The notes under the pieces: model-generated | The model's input: the letters and a program-made list of their open reading frames with translations, nothing else | Database searches by the model: none | What the model was told of the DNA's origin: nothing | Program-made: the position numbers and the translations under genes | Shown here: in pieces, positions 1 to 10,000 of the stretch | Layout: every line of letters starts with the position of its first letter | Position numbering within the stretch: the stretch's first letter is position 1 | From: a virus | Taxonomy: Duplodnaviria; Caudoviricetes | Length of the DNA: 64,000 bases | Reading direction: 5' to 3' (one strand) | Virus record (IMG/VR): IMGVR_UViG_3300030090_004128 | Coordinates: 66-64,065 of that record

Positions 1-607
1 TCTTTTGACCAGGAGTATTAAAACTAAGAGTGCTTTTAGGATTATCACTACCATCTATAATTGGTTGAAAAAAGAATGGTAAACTTCTAAACATATATAC
101 AAGCTTATCTGTAAATAAAGACTTAGCGTCAGCACCAGTCTTACTTGTTATACCTCCATGAGAATTATATCTAGCTGTTATTTCATACAACAACATAGCT
201 GCACCTTTATAAGAAGCTCCCTCCCTACGGTGCTTAACCATTATCATTCCAAAACAATCAGGATCTTGTTTACATATTTCCCAGAAGATAAAAAACCTTC
301 TATCTCTATCTCTGTACTCAGGATATCCAATATCCATCTTGCACCAATTTAAATAATAATAATGTTCTCCTGTTATATAGGTGGGCTTCCCATTGTTCAT
401 AAACCAAACACCTTCGTCTCTTCTTTTAAATTCCTGATCTATAAACCATGAGTATTTAGGAATAGTATCCTCGTTAAGACCCTCTGGCATATCAGTTCTT
501 TTCCATTTTTGATCTTTTTTCTTTAGATCTGAAAACAATATGTCTTTTTTCTTGGGTTTAACAGGTAGCTTGAATTTTAAACCATTTACTTTTATATACC
601 CTGTCAT
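1..607 (-). CDS. terL: Terminase large subunit, N-terminal ATPase part (runs off window start; not in ORF track)
   Basis: Manual translation from ATG at 607: MTGYIKVNGLKFKLP...YITGEHYYYLNW...MVKHRREGASYKGAA...FFQPIIDGSDNPKSTLSFNTPGQK. The KxRRxGxS Walker A and YITGxHYxYLN motifs are typical of Bacteroidota phage TerL. Confidence 0.9.
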   Translation of the reverse strand, partial: MTGYIKVNGLKFKLPVKPKKKDILFSDLKKKDQKWKRTDMPEGLNEDTIPKYSWFIDQEFKRRDEGVWFMNNGKPTYITGEHYYYLNWCKMDIGYPEYRDRDRRFFIFWEICKQDPDCFGMIMVKHRREGASYKGAAMLLYEITARYNSHGGITSKTGADAKSLFTDKLVYMFRSLPFFFQPIIDGSDNPKSTLSFNTPGQK

Positions 608-628
608 AATAAATTTTAGCCAATTATG

Positions 629-636
629 CAAATATA
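629..636 (-). promoter_or_regulatory. Bacteroidota sigma70 -7 element (TATATTTG) upstream of terL
   Basis: CAAATATA on + strand in the intergenic gap, 21 nt before the terL ATG. Confidence 0.6.
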
Positions 637-655
637 ATAAAATAAATTATACTCT

Positions 656-949
656 CTATTTTTTAGCGTACTTTTCTGAGAAGCCAGCTTTAAAGGATTT
701 ATCCTCTAGTTCAGGTTCGTTTTCAATTATATCGCCATCATTAATTTGATTCTGCATTTTATGTATAGCCATTAGAATATCTTGAGCATCCATAAAGCAC
801 TCTTTTTTAGCCTTCATAGCATTTCTAGCTTTATCATCTTGCAAGTCTGGATCTATAGGTTTTTTAACCTCTTCCAATAATAAGTCAAAAGCTTTATTCC
901 CTGATTCTATCAGTCTCTCTATTTTCTTGCTGACATCTATTTCTTTCAT
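656..949 (-). CDS. Probable terminase small subunit
   Basis: 97-aa helical protein directly upstream of terL; assigned by position. Confidence 0.5.
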   Translation of the reverse strand: MKEIDVSKKIERLIESGNKAFDLLLEEVKKPIDPDLQDDKARNAMKAKKECFMDAQDILMAIHKMQNQINDGDIIENEPELEDKSFKAGFSEKYAKK

Positions 950-1187
950 TTAATTTTATATTTAACAATACAGAACACCTTTCATAATATTCCATGTCCT
1001 CATAATAATTTATCATAAAATCTATAAAACTATCAAATATTTCTTGATCAAGTTCTTCTTCAACAACATTCCATAAAAAATATGGCCTACTTGATGAATC
1101 TAATATGTCTTCTATAGATTTTTTTCCTGTTAATAAATTATATGAGTTTTCCACGCATATATCTATTATTTCTTGGGTTCCTATCAT
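894..1187 (-). CDS. Hypothetical protein with UvrB/C (UVR)-like motif
   Basis: C-terminal YYEDMEYYERCSVL resembles the ExYExC/A UVR motif. Confidence 0.55.
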   Translation of the reverse strand: MIGTQEIIDICVENSYNLLTGKKSIEDILDSSSRPYFLWNVVEEELDQEIFDSFIDFMINYYEDMEYYERCSVLLNIKLNERNRCQQENRETDRIRE

Positions 1188-1765
1188 TATTCTACTTTTG
1201 CTAGTATATCAAAGTTACGCATTCTTAACAACTTTTCCCCCTCTATTACCATTTCATATTCAGAATTTTCAGAAAAAACCACCTCATCATCCTTCTTTAC
1301 ACCTAGATTTTTCAAATCTTTATTCATGTATTTTACATATCCATGCAACTCTATCTCTTCTGCTTCTGGCTTTAAATATATACCTGTGTCAGATATGTAA
1401 TTAGATTCATCCTCTACTTTTTGTTTCACAAAATTCCAATGATGTAGCATCTTTATTTTCCCCTTTCTAACAATAGCATATACATAAGACCAATGTATGC
1501 TGAAAACTTTTTCATCTTCATGAAATTTAACCCTATTCTCTTCGTTTGTTAAAAAATGGTGACAATAAATTTTATCTCCCACTTTAACATCTAAATTTAT
1601 ACCTTTGGGTAAACTGTGAGGTAGTGCAACAACTGTGCCATACTGTCTAGCATGTTTTAACTCGTCATAAGAGGTGTCCATAAATAATTCTCTACCATTT
1701 ACTATTATAGTGTCCTCTTGGATTTTTTCTACTTCAACAAAGTAGTAATCTTTTACTGGTCTCAT
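1187..1765 (-). CDS. GroES-like co-chaperonin (two tandem Cpn10-like domains)
   Basis: MRPVKDYYFVE...GTVVALP...VKVGDKIY and a second unit GIYLKP...GVKKDDEVVFSENSEYEMVIEGEKLLRMRNFDILAKVE, which matches the GroES C-terminus. Confidence 0.8.
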   Translation of the reverse strand: MRPVKDYYFVEVEKIQEDTIIVNGRELFMDTSYDELKHARQYGTVVALPHSLPKGINLDVKVGDKIYCHHFLTNEENRVKFHEDEKVFSIHWSYVYAIVRKGKIKMLHHWNFVKQKVEDESNYISDTGIYLKPEAEEIELHGYVKYMNKDLKNLGVKKDDEVVFSENSEYEMVIEGEKLLRMRNFDILAKVE

Positions 1766-1766
1766 A

Positions 1767-2042
1767 TTAATTAACTTCGTAGTTTTCTCTATCTTGAATA
1801 TCGTACTCTATAGCTGTAGGCTGATCAAAAAACCTCTTCCAAGGTCTTGAAAATTCATCTCCTCTAGCTTTAACATATACATCGTAGACAACCTGCTGGT
1901 GTTTATACCATGCAGCCTCATCTTGTATAATAGCTGTTATCTCCATATTTCCAGCATTCATTAATTGACCAACTTTATATGTTAATCCTTGTTTTAAATC
2001 TCCTATAGTTATTTTTCTTATAATAGGGCTTATAGCTTCCAT
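1767..2042 (-). CDS. Conserved phage hypothetical protein
   Basis: IIRKITIG...YKVGQ...WKRF...AIEYD pattern; tightly packed in operon. Confidence 0.7.
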   Translation of the reverse strand: MEAISPIIRKITIGDLKQGLTYKVGQLMNAGNMEITAIIQDEAAWYKHQQVVYDVYVKARGDEFSRPWKRFFDQPTAIEYDIQDRENYEVN

Positions 2043-2049
2043 AATTATA

Positions 2050-2430
2050 TTATTTTTTATTTTCGTAGTATATGTCTAAATCTTCTATTGTTGCTATAGG
2101 TTTCCCATTTATATTAGCATGACCACCCATAGCTATAGTTTCTTTAAACGCATCATATTCACTATTTCTTTCTTTATGCATAGCAACTTTAAGTAGTATT
2201 AAATATCCTATAAGATCTGATACTGTATCTTCTGTTTTATCATTTATCCCTTTGTTTTGTATACGCATAAGTTTGTCATCTATACGTGCACATAAAGAGT
2301 CTATTGGTGATCCTGAAGAAAATACGCTTGATGGGCTGGTGGCTGAGTCGCCATAGTCTCGATTCTTCTGTATAAGAAGATCTTTCATAGATTCACACAT
2401 CTCCTCTATGAGTTGTTCTGTGTCTTTCAT
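2050..2430 (-). CDS. DUF1599 / nucleotide-modification-associated domain 1 protein
   Basis: KNRDYGDS...RIDDKLMRI...EDTVSDLIGYLIL signature. Confidence 0.8.
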   Translation of the reverse strand: MKDTEQLIEEMCESMKDLLIQKNRDYGDSATSPSSVFSSGSPIDSLCARIDDKLMRIQNKGINDKTEDTVSDLIGYLILLKVAMHKERNSEYDAFKETIAMGGHANINGKPIATIEDLDIYYENKK

Positions 2431-2474
2431 AATATTGTATTAAATTAAATTTCCACTAATATAGTGAAAATATT

Positions 2475-3833
2475 TTATTCAAACAATACTCTGCTAATTT
2501 TTTGGTAATGAACTACTAATTCTGTTGTTTTAGATCCTGCCATTTGTTGAACACCAATGTAAGGTATGAAGTCATGATCATCTTCTAGTGCTAAAGATTT
2601 TGTCGTAACAACACTTTGAGTTGCTCCTCCAGCGGTTGCTGAGGTAACTAAACCATATTGAACATCATTTACAAACACAGAAACCTGTCTATTTGAATCT
2701 ATTTCTATTCTAAACCTATAAGTGGTAGAAGCAGCTACTGCTATACCTAGATCTGTTATGTAATCTACATTATCTTTAGAATAAACAAAATGTAAATTAG
2801 CGTTTGTTGTTAGAGCACCTTGATCATCATCTGTACAAAATAAGAAATAAGCCTGATCATCGTCAGTCGCATAAACTGGAGTATTTGTTAATTTCATGCC
2901 AGCCCAAAATGAATAGTCTGTTATAGTTCCATGAGTGGTTATAGCACACTCCCATTCTACTTGATTTTCTGTCCCCCATTTAATACCCGTCCAAGCTGAT
3001 TGCCTAGCGTCTAAGTGTGGAGCTATAATAACTTGATCGTTGTCAGCACCGTCTGTTTGTATTTGTATACCAGCGTAATTGTTAGAAAACGTAGCGTCAC
3101 CAGTTCCAGCGTTAGTTCCTACTAATTCAAAGTTTCTGTTAACAGTCATTCGTGTTGCTTCAGAAGCGTCTTGAATATCAGCATTTTCATGCGGTAACAT
3201 CTCAAAGAACTCTTCTAGATAATATCTTTCAGAACTTCTTCTAAGATTTCCTTTTACTTCTAAATCTGCATTAACAGTAACTTTATCGTTAGCAGTATCC
3301 GCAACAAAGAATGTTGTATTACTACTACTAGTAATTTTAAAAGCATTGGGATGTGCTCCCAAAGAAAATAGAGCTGTACCTGAATTAGATCCAACATGTA
3401 ATGTGCACGTGGGTACAGTTTGATTTACCCCAAAATATGAGGTTTTAGATACTATTCTACTGGAAGAATCCTCCACATATAAATATGTATTGTTGCCAGG
3501 AGATTTAACATCAATATCTCCAACTTTTACATTGTAAGAGCCTAAATAATCTCCTATATAAAATTTATTATATCCATTAACATTTTGAACTAACATTGAC
3601 TGAGTTGTTGTCCCAATTATATGTAGATTGGCCCTAGGAGTTGATGTGGTAGATAAGTTAAAAGACAAACTACCCACTATATTAACCCTTGATTGACCCA
3701 AGTACATAGCACTTTGCCTACCACTTCCATCCTCAATTCTAGTTGGAGTGTTACCACTAAAACCTACAGTTGATTCTGTTTTTAATAAACTTTTATAAGT
3801 GTCTTTTACTGCTTGTCCTGTTAATGTTGCCAT
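2475..3833 (-). CDS. Tail fibre / virion appendage protein
   Basis: 452 aa, beta-rich; fibre-type motifs (TPRANLHI, GVNQTVPTCTLHV) and a lectin-like C-terminal region. Confidence 0.6.
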   Translation of the reverse strand: MATLTGQAVKDTYKSLLKTESTVGFSGNTPTRIEDGSGRQSAMYLGQSRVNIVGSLSFNLSTTSTPRANLHIIGTTTQSMLVQNVNGYNKFYIGDYLGSYNVKVGDIDVKSPGNNTYLYVEDSSSRIVSKTSYFGVNQTVPTCTLHVGSNSGTALFSLGAHPNAFKITSSSNTTFFVADTANDKVTVNADLEVKGNLRRSSERYYLEEFFEMLPHENADIQDASEATRMTVNRNFELVGTNAGTGDATFSNNYAGIQIQTDGADNDQVIIAPHLDARQSAWTGIKWGTENQVEWECAITTHGTITDYSFWAGMKLTNTPVYATDDDQAYFLFCTDDDQGALTTNANLHFVYSKDNVDYITDLGIAVAASTTYRFRIEIDSNRQVSVFVNDVQYGLVTSATAGGATQSVVTTKSLALEDDHDFIPYIGVQQMAGSKTTELVVHYQKISRVLFE

Positions 3834-3834
3834 A

Positions 3835-4134
3835 TTATCCTCTACTTACTTTTAAAATTCCACTACTATTCCATAATTGACCCGCTACCCCTGGATCTGA
3901 TGTGGGTATTGAGTCCCCCATTGTATTTGGCAATAACAATTCGGCACTAACTATATACCTCCTTAATTCATCTATATCTTCCTGCATTAATTCCATTTGA
4001 TGCAACAAAGCAGCTTCACTAGGGAAAGCTATTAAATTGTGATGTTTATCGGCATTATATGCGTTTGTCATTTCAGTTAAATCACCCCCTGTCTTATCAT
4101 GTATCTCTGCCGATCTTTTACTTGCTAAAGCCAT
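3835..4134 (-). CDS. Small tail-fibre-associated protein
   Basis: C-terminal IPTSDPGVAGQLWNSSGILKVS motif common in phage fibre proteins. Confidence 0.55.
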   Translation of the reverse strand: MALASKRSAEIHDKTGGDLTEMTNAYNADKHHNLIAFPSEAALLHQMELMQEDIDELRRYIVSAELLLPNTMGDSIPTSDPGVAGQLWNSSGILKVSRG

Positions 4135-4152
4135 ATTATTATATTTTTATTA

Positions 4153-5760
4153 TTATGCTGTTAAAGTTACTTTTGCACCCCATAAGTATACAGAGCTACT
4201 TCCTAAAGCTACTTTTATCCATAAATCCTGAGCTGCACCTCCAGCTATTGAATTACCCCCTAAAGATATGTCAGTATTTGTATCCCCACTGGTTGTTGTT
4301 ACAGCATTATCTCCTCCAGTATTGTAATTGTAAGCACCAACAGTTACCGCACTAGAAACATTAGCACTTGCATAAACATGAACCGTTGTCACCGTATGTC
4401 CATAAGGTATCTCAATGTGAGCATATAGCTCGTCAGTTCCGTCATATTGGTGAATACCTAACTTATTGGTTTGCTGATCCGCAACAAAAACCGACCTTCC
4501 AGAGTCTCCATTAGAGAAAAACCTATCAGGCATAATTTTCATAAAAGCTTGCTGAACCATCACTCTACCATCGCATTCCATTAAGGCAGCTGAATTTGCA
4601 CCCTGTTCAAAAGTTATCGCTGCGGAAGCGTCTAAAGTAATAGCACCATCAGATTCAAGCTCAATATGAGCAGCAGCAGCAGCTGTATCAACAGTTCTAA
4701 GTTTAGTAAAACCATGCTCAAATACTTCAATAACGAAGTAGTCAACCGAAGAAGCTCCACCTGCTTCATACATTTGAAGTACGGTTGCGTCATCCCCTGT
4801 TATTGAACAACGTATATTTGCAATAGTGTTATTAGCATTTAAAGATGTTCCAGAGCTTCCTTTAAGAGAACCCCTAAAAGTAACACCCCCTGGCACTGCA
4901 TTTCCAGTTGACTCCCCACCACTTAAAAATAATGAACCCCCAGCATCATCCGTTTGACCAGCAGTAGCATCTCCTCCTTTCAACTCTAGTCCACCACCAG
5001 GTCCATCAGAGTGAGGTAGTCTCGTTATTTTAGCAACTGTATTATCATCTGCACCCATCCAGGTATATAATCCTTTAGGATCTATATACATATTTCCATC
5101 AACAACAAATTTTAAATGAGCGTTTGTTCCATCATCATCAATAGTAGTCATTGTGGTTTGACCTGCTGCTGTAGTAGCTATAGTAAATAAATCTCCATTA
5201 TCAGCACTACTTTGAATAGCTATATCTGCAAAAGCCCCATCATCAGTACGTATAGAAAGCCCACGTGTTTCAGCTAAATCACCACCTGAACATGAAATAA
5301 ATAAACCAAGATGAGTTATAGTTCCCGTATTGTTACTACTGTCAAGAGTAATAATTTGACCACTCATACTAACTGCTCCAGAACCATTATTTGTGGCGTT
5401 ATCGTCAATATCCACTGTAAGTCCAGTTATTTGCTTCGTTTGGCCAGGTGCTGTAACTCCATTCTTATCATAATTAATATACATCAACCTTGTGTTAGCT
5501 GTTACAGTACCAGTATCAACGAGTGTCATACCAATAGCATGACCAGTGGTAAGTGTTGTGGAAGTTATATCTATAATATTAGCTGTTGTATTATTAGCGT
5601 TTATATCTAGAGCTATCTGGTCTTCGTCAAGATTTGATATTGTAGCTGCGGCAGTACCGCCAGCTGTTGGGTTTTCTATAAATAGTTTTCCCCATGATTT
5701 TGCTGAGGTTCCTAAACCTCCTTCCTGATCGGCTCTAGGTACTATGTTTGGTGTTGCCAT
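4153..5760 (-). CDS. Tail fibre / tail spike protein
   Basis: 535 aa, G/T/A/D-rich; N-terminal IVPRADQEGGLGTSAKSW fibre motif; GGxLxLxGG repeats. Confidence 0.65.
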   Translation of the reverse strand: MATPNIVPRADQEGGLGTSAKSWGKLFIENPTAGGTAAATISNLDEDQIALDINANNTTANIIDITSTTLTTGHAIGMTLVDTGTVTANTRLMYINYDKNGVTAPGQTKQITGLTVDIDDNATNNGSGAVSMSGQIITLDSSNNTGTITHLGLFISCSGGDLAETRGLSIRTDDGAFADIAIQSSADNGDLFTIATTAAGQTTMTTIDDDGTNAHLKFVVDGNMYIDPKGLYTWMGADDNTVAKITRLPHSDGPGGGLELKGGDATAGQTDDAGGSLFLSGGESTGNAVPGGVTFRGSLKGSSGTSLNANNTIANIRCSITGDDATVLQMYEAGGASSVDYFVIEVFEHGFTKLRTVDTAAAAAHIELESDGAITLDASAAITFEQGANSAALMECDGRVMVQQAFMKIMPDRFFSNGDSGRSVFVADQQTNKLGIHQYDGTDELYAHIEIPYGHTVTTVHVYASANVSSAVTVGAYNYNTGGDNAVTTTSGDTNTDISLGGNSIAGGAAQDLWIKVALGSSSVYLWGAKVTLTA

Positions 5761-5788
5761 ATTATTTCTTTTTTATATATTTTTATAT

Positions 5789-6121
5789 TTAACCTTCACT
5801 ATTATAAGGCTCAGGGAATGATGCTGGATCTATAGGTTGAAGACCTCCTCCAGCGTCTAAATCCCAATACCCTTCATCACTTGAAGGATCTTGAGGCATA
5901 TAATCATACATGCTATTTATTAATCCTGTAGCTATATCTAAATCCCAGGCATCATTAAAATCATAGAGGGTTGGTATAGGTGTCACCGCATCGTATGTAC
6001 TTCCAGATCCAGTTGAAGTTGTCCCCACCCACATGTAATCCTCTGTGAATAAAACAGCAGCAGAAGACCCTGCCCCCACTAAATCACCACATACTAATGA
6101 ACATCCTAATCCTAATGCCAT
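5789..6121 (-). CDS. Putative structural protein
   Basis: MALGLGxSL start typical of phage virion proteins; acidic. Confidence 0.55.
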   Translation of the reverse strand: MALGLGCSLVCGDLVGAGSSAAVLFTEDYMWVGTTSTGSGSTYDAVTPIPTLYDFNDAWDLDIATGLINSMYDYMPQDPSSDEGYWDLDAGGGLQPIDPASFPEPYNSEG

Positions 6122-6131
6122 ATTCTAACTT

Positions 6132-6497
6132 TTAATGTGTTGGACCAAAGTAAACTATCACTCCTCCATCAGCATCAGCAGTAGCTAACATAATAGTTTT
6201 CCATCGTCCATAGATAGTCAACCCTTTAGGGAATATTGTGCTACTTGTAATTACATCCCCACCAGACCCTTCACTTCCTGTGTATGATGAATGGGCAGCG
6301 TTACTCATATTAGGAAATATTCTTGTACCAGCATCAGCCTCGTAAGCTTGCATCGCTTGCAGAGTTGTGTCCGCCATAAATGTAATTGCACATATAATTC
6401 TATCTGCTGGAGGTAAAACAAGATCTGTTCCATTTACAAATGCTGATCCATACTGACCCAACGTTACCTCTTGTGCTTTTGTTCCTGATAATGCCAT
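6132..6497 (-). CDS. Putative structural protein
   Basis: LGQYGSAF...FPKGLTIYGRW motif; first gene of the fibre operon. Confidence 0.6.
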   Translation of the reverse strand: MALSGTKAQEVTLGQYGSAFVNGTDLVLPPADRIICAITFMADTTLQAMQAYEADAGTRIFPNMSNAAHSSYTGSEGSGGDVITSSTIFPKGLTIYGRWKTIMLATADADGGVIVYFGPTH

Positions 6498-6524
6498 ATT
6501 ATATTATTTTTTAATTGTTCCGTA

Positions 6525-6571
6525 CAAATATAGTAATTAATTCCAAATATAAGAAATATTTAGTATATTTG
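6525..6571. promoter_or_regulatory. Divergent Bacteroidota-type promoters
   Basis: CAAATATA at 6525-6532 and 6544-6551 (minus-strand TATATTTG); TATATTTG at 6564-6571 on +. Confidence 0.6.
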
Positions 6572-6597
6572 CTCTATTATAATTAAATTTAATACTT

Positions 6598-6945
6598 TTG
6601 GATAGAGACAATTATCTTAAACATTATAGAAATGTTCTATTTAATTTTAGGGATAAGTATAGTCTAAAGGTTTCTGACATTGAATTTTTATTCTTTGTTT
6701 ACGACAGTGAATGTTTTACAGGTTCAACTATAGCTAATTATTATAGATGTTCAAATAGCTTCATAACAAGAAATCTTCCAGAGCTAATGAAAAAGGGATA
6801 TATAACAATATATTTAGAAAAAGCTCACAATAGAGCTAGAAGATATATGATATCTCAAAAAGGAAAAATATTAGTTACTAAATTTTATAGAGCATTAAAA
6901 GAATACAGTTATGGCTTACATGAACAAAAGAAAGAAAAAGTATAA
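6598..6945 (+). CDS. MarR-like winged-helix transcription regulator (TTG start)
   Basis: LKVSDIEFLFFVY...ITRNLPELMKKGYI...YMISQKGK, a wHTH/MarR pattern. Confidence 0.7.
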   Translation: MDRDNYLKHYRNVLFNFRDKYSLKVSDIEFLFFVYDSECFTGSTIANYYRCSNSFITRNLPELMKKGYITIYLEKAHNRARRYMISQKGKILVTKFYRALKEYSYGLHEQKKEKV

Positions 6946-9514
6946 ACTTAATAGAAACGCCCCTAAAGCACAAGAAGGAATAGCAACTGTTGGCCAATGG
7001 GCTGAACACGTATGGGACGGTATAGTTGATACTATTCAAAATATTAATCTTAATGCACCGCAAATAGATTTTGGTGGAGGTGCACGTAAAGGTGGGGAAG
7101 GTCCAGGGGGTGAGTCCACATCTGAGAATGATCCGTATAGTGGTGATTACGTCCCTTCTAACAAAAACAACTACACCAACTTGAGTAAGGATGATCTTAT
7201 GTGGAGATATGGTAAGTATTATGATCTTCCTACACATTATAGTATGCTTGAAGATAACCCAAACCAAAGGAGAGGTGCAACTGGAAGACGTTTTGATTGG
7301 GCTAAACAGTTTCATACTCCAGAAAATGTAAATTTTGACTACGATGTAAAAAAAGGCAATCAAAAAAGCGGGAGAGATCAAGGTTTTAGAGTTGGTGATC
7401 AAATTACAAATAGACATCCTTATAATATTTCTGCTGTTCTTATGGACGCTCTCTATCAAGACCCTGAAGCTATACAAGCATTAAAAAGAAATTCATATCA
7501 ATTTGCACCCAGAACAGACGCTGTTACAAACTTAAGTAAAAAACATGGTTTACCAGATGATAATGTAATTGGGCATAATAGGAGATTTTTAAGAGATATT
7601 GATCAGAAAAAATTAGATAGACAAAACGAGAAACTTGCTCTTTCAAAATCAGGTAAAAAATTTAAAAACTTCAAGGATCACGCTTATGATGTAGACTTAA
7701 TGAATCAGTTACTGGGACCATATTTACCTAAAGGAATGACTATTGATAGCCAGACAGCTGACATGATAAATTACTTTATAGGTGACGATATGTTTACTGA
7801 TGCCGCAGCTGCTATGCATCCTGATATTTTCGATCCAGGAGTAGCAGGTGGAGGTCAAATGAAGGATGGAACATATTCTCCTTTTAGAACCAGAAAGGAT
7901 CCAAGTGCGGGGTTTGACAAGTTTATTAATGCTCCCCAAAACTACATTTATAATTTAGAAGCATCTGGTATGAGTCCAGACGACAGACCTAGCCAAGAAT
8001 GGCTACACATGCAACACTTATCTAACCAGGGTGCTAATGAGGGTATGGGTGGATATAATAAACATGAGCTTGCACAGATGTTGATGCAAGATAAAAACTT
8101 TCTTGCAAAGAACGCACTCAATAGAAATGAAATATATAGAATCTCTGAACTTGATAATTGGGGTGTTTTCCATAAAGGGGAAGATCCTAATGTTTTTAAA
8201 TTTGGTGTTTCATGGGATGATAAAAATCAAAAGTGGTACTCTGAAGGGACAAAAGATTGGTTAACTGACAAGCAAGCTGCTGCACTTGAAAGAAATATAA
8301 CTCAAAAATATATAGACGATTCTGGATGGCAACAGTTTGATCCACAGCATAATATAGAGCCAGTAACAATAGGACATGTTCCTTCTGGAAAAACAGATGA
8401 GGGGCAAATGCCAACTCCTGCTGGACCTTTAGGGTTTACAGATACTAGTGATGATCTTGAAACAGATATAAATGAATTTAATCAGGTTAATCAGGGTGTT
8501 GATGTGTCGGGAGGTACAGAAGGCACTGAAGGTGGTGGAGCTACTGAAACTACTGGTGGCGGTAGAGGAAAAAGTAGAGAAAGACGATCTATGGACGCTA
8601 TTTTAGATTCTGTAACAAGTGGAACACACGTAGTAACTGGAGAGAATTATAATGAGTCTGATTTAAAAAGAGATTCCGCAATTATAAAAAGAGAATTTGG
8701 AGACGATGCTTATAACACTTTATTAAAAGAGTTAATGAGTGTAGACACAGTAGAGCCTGGGTCTGAAGAGACCGTTGTTAATGAGACACCAACAGGAGGA
8801 GGAGGTATGCCTAAAAAAAGAAATTTATCTGCCGACTTTGTTGTAGATGATGAGGATAGTTTTTGGAATAGAAATCAAGGTGAAGAAGAAGAAATGTCTT
8901 TAGGGGAGTGGATATCAGCCATAAGAAACGATGACTGGGATGATGAGGATGATGAGGAAGAAGAAGAAGTGGAAGGGCAAGAATCTGGAGCTAGTTATAG
9001 CGGAGACTCTATGAGTGGATTTGCTGGCGACTCGGGACTTTCTGGTATCAATCCTATAAATAGAAAAGGTGGATATTCTCCTTTCCCTGGTCAAATGAGT
9101 GCTGAAGAAATGCAGAGGATGATGGCTAAAGGTGAAACTCCTGTATATAAACATGGAGGATTTGGTAAGGGTTTTGACATGAATAAAATGAAATTCTATA
9201 GAAAAGGGGGTAAACCAATTAAAGCTGAAGGCGGGGTTGATCTATCTCAGGTTGCTAGGGCTTTTAGTGGAGGACAAGGAGTTGGTGGATTTAATATCGC
9301 ACCTATTTATAATACAGCAGCTAAAGACCCTATACAGGCAGGAGACACTTATCTATCAATGAAAATAATGAGGTTAGAAAAAGAATTATCACAGTTGGAT
9401 CCAAATGATCCAGCTAATCAAGATACTATAGCTTCATTAATGCAGGAAATAGAAGAGTCTAAAGCTGAACTTATAGCAATTAGAGGTGGAGGTGTTGGTG
9501 CTTCAAGAGGATAA
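6911..9514 (+). CDS. Large acidic/Gly-rich protein, probable internal virion (cargo) protein
   Basis: 867 aa; KAQEG, YKHGG, YRKGG and KAEGG motifs shared with other putative cargo proteins; poly-D/E tract. Confidence 0.6.
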   Translation: MAYMNKRKKKYKLNRNAPKAQEGIATVGQWAEHVWDGIVDTIQNINLNAPQIDFGGGARKGGEGPGGESTSENDPYSGDYVPSNKNNYTNLSKDDLMWRYGKYYDLPTHYSMLEDNPNQRRGATGRRFDWAKQFHTPENVNFDYDVKKGNQKSGRDQGFRVGDQITNRHPYNISAVLMDALYQDPEAIQALKRNSYQFAPRTDAVTNLSKKHGLPDDNVIGHNRRFLRDIDQKKLDRQNEKLALSKSGKKFKNFKDHAYDVDLMNQLLGPYLPKGMTIDSQTADMINYFIGDDMFTDAAAAMHPDIFDPGVAGGGQMKDGTYSPFRTRKDPSAGFDKFINAPQNYIYNLEASGMSPDDRPSQEWLHMQHLSNQGANEGMGGYNKHELAQMLMQDKNFLAKNALNRNEIYRISELDNWGVFHKGEDPNVFKFGVSWDDKNQKWYSEGTKDWLTDKQAAALERNITQKYIDDSGWQQFDPQHNIEPVTIGHVPSGKTDEGQMPTPAGPLGFTDTSDDLETDINEFNQVNQGVDVSGGTEGTEGGGATETTGGGRGKSRERRSMDAILDSVTSGTHVVTGENYNESDLKRDSAIIKREFGDDAYNTLLKELMSVDTVEPGSEETVVNETPTGGGGMPKKRNLSADFVVDDEDSFWNRNQGEEEEMSLGEWISAIRNDDWDDEDDEEEEEVEGQESGASYSGDSMSGFAGDSGLSGINPINRKGGYSPFPGQMSAEEMQRMMAKGETPVYKHGGFGKGFDMNKMKFYRKGGKPIKAEGGVDLSQVARAFSGGQGVGGFNIAPIYNTAAKDPIQAGDTYLSMKIMRLEKELSQLDPNDPANQDTIASLMQEIEESKAELIAIRGGGVGASRG

Positions 9515-9520
9515 ATATAT

Positions 9521-10000
9521 ATGTCTATGGAAACAATGATGATTATTATAGAGCCCATGAGCTCGCACTCCAAAGAAATGGCTAGTGATGGTCATAGCGG
9601 AGAGATGGATATCATGGGTTATCAAACTCAGAATTTTCATGTATGCCCAGGAGCACAAGAGTCTTTTAGTATGATGGTTAAACAAGGCCACAGAGATGAA
9701 GATGCTGACGCTTTAGTTAATCTAGCTATGTTGGTAGATGAATATTTAGGTATGAAATCAAGTGCTATGGAATCGGGGCCAAGCCCAGAGCTTATTAAAG
9801 GTATGGTAGATAAAGGTAATAGTGCTATGTTTCACTTAGGATCCTTTGCTAATAAATTAGGCGATGAATCGATGATTCAGTTATTTGACTTTATGCCTGG
9901 ACATATATTACAAGCTATGGGTCACGATGATGAGCCTATATCAATGGAAGGTTTAAACGATGAATCTCTGTCTATAGAAATGGGTGGGGGTTCTTGTTAA
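9521..10000 (+). CDS. Met-rich hypothetical protein
   Basis: 159-aa ORF with YQTQNFHVCPGA motif; follows the 867-aa gene by 6 nt. Confidence 0.7.
   Translation: MSMETMMIIIEPMSSHSKEMASDGHSGEMDIMGYQTQNFHVCPGAQESFSMMVKQGHRDEDADALVNLAMLVDEYLGMKSSAMESGPSPELIKGMVDKGNSAMFHLGSFANKLGDESMIQLFDFMPGHILQAMGHDDEPISMEGLNDESLSIEMGGGSC

Noticed and set aside
158-749. Plus-strand ORFs 158-352 and 540-749
   Set aside because: Antisense to the terL N-terminus and the probable small terminase
2475-5760. Diversity-generating retroelement acting on fibre genes
   Set aside because: No reverse transcriptase and no template/variable repeat pair noticed
6878-7477. 199-aa minus-strand ORF and similar antisense ORFs (e.g. 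14483-14941, 28968-29426, 54402-54818)
   Set aside because: Shadows of well-supported genes on the opposite strand, with atypical composition
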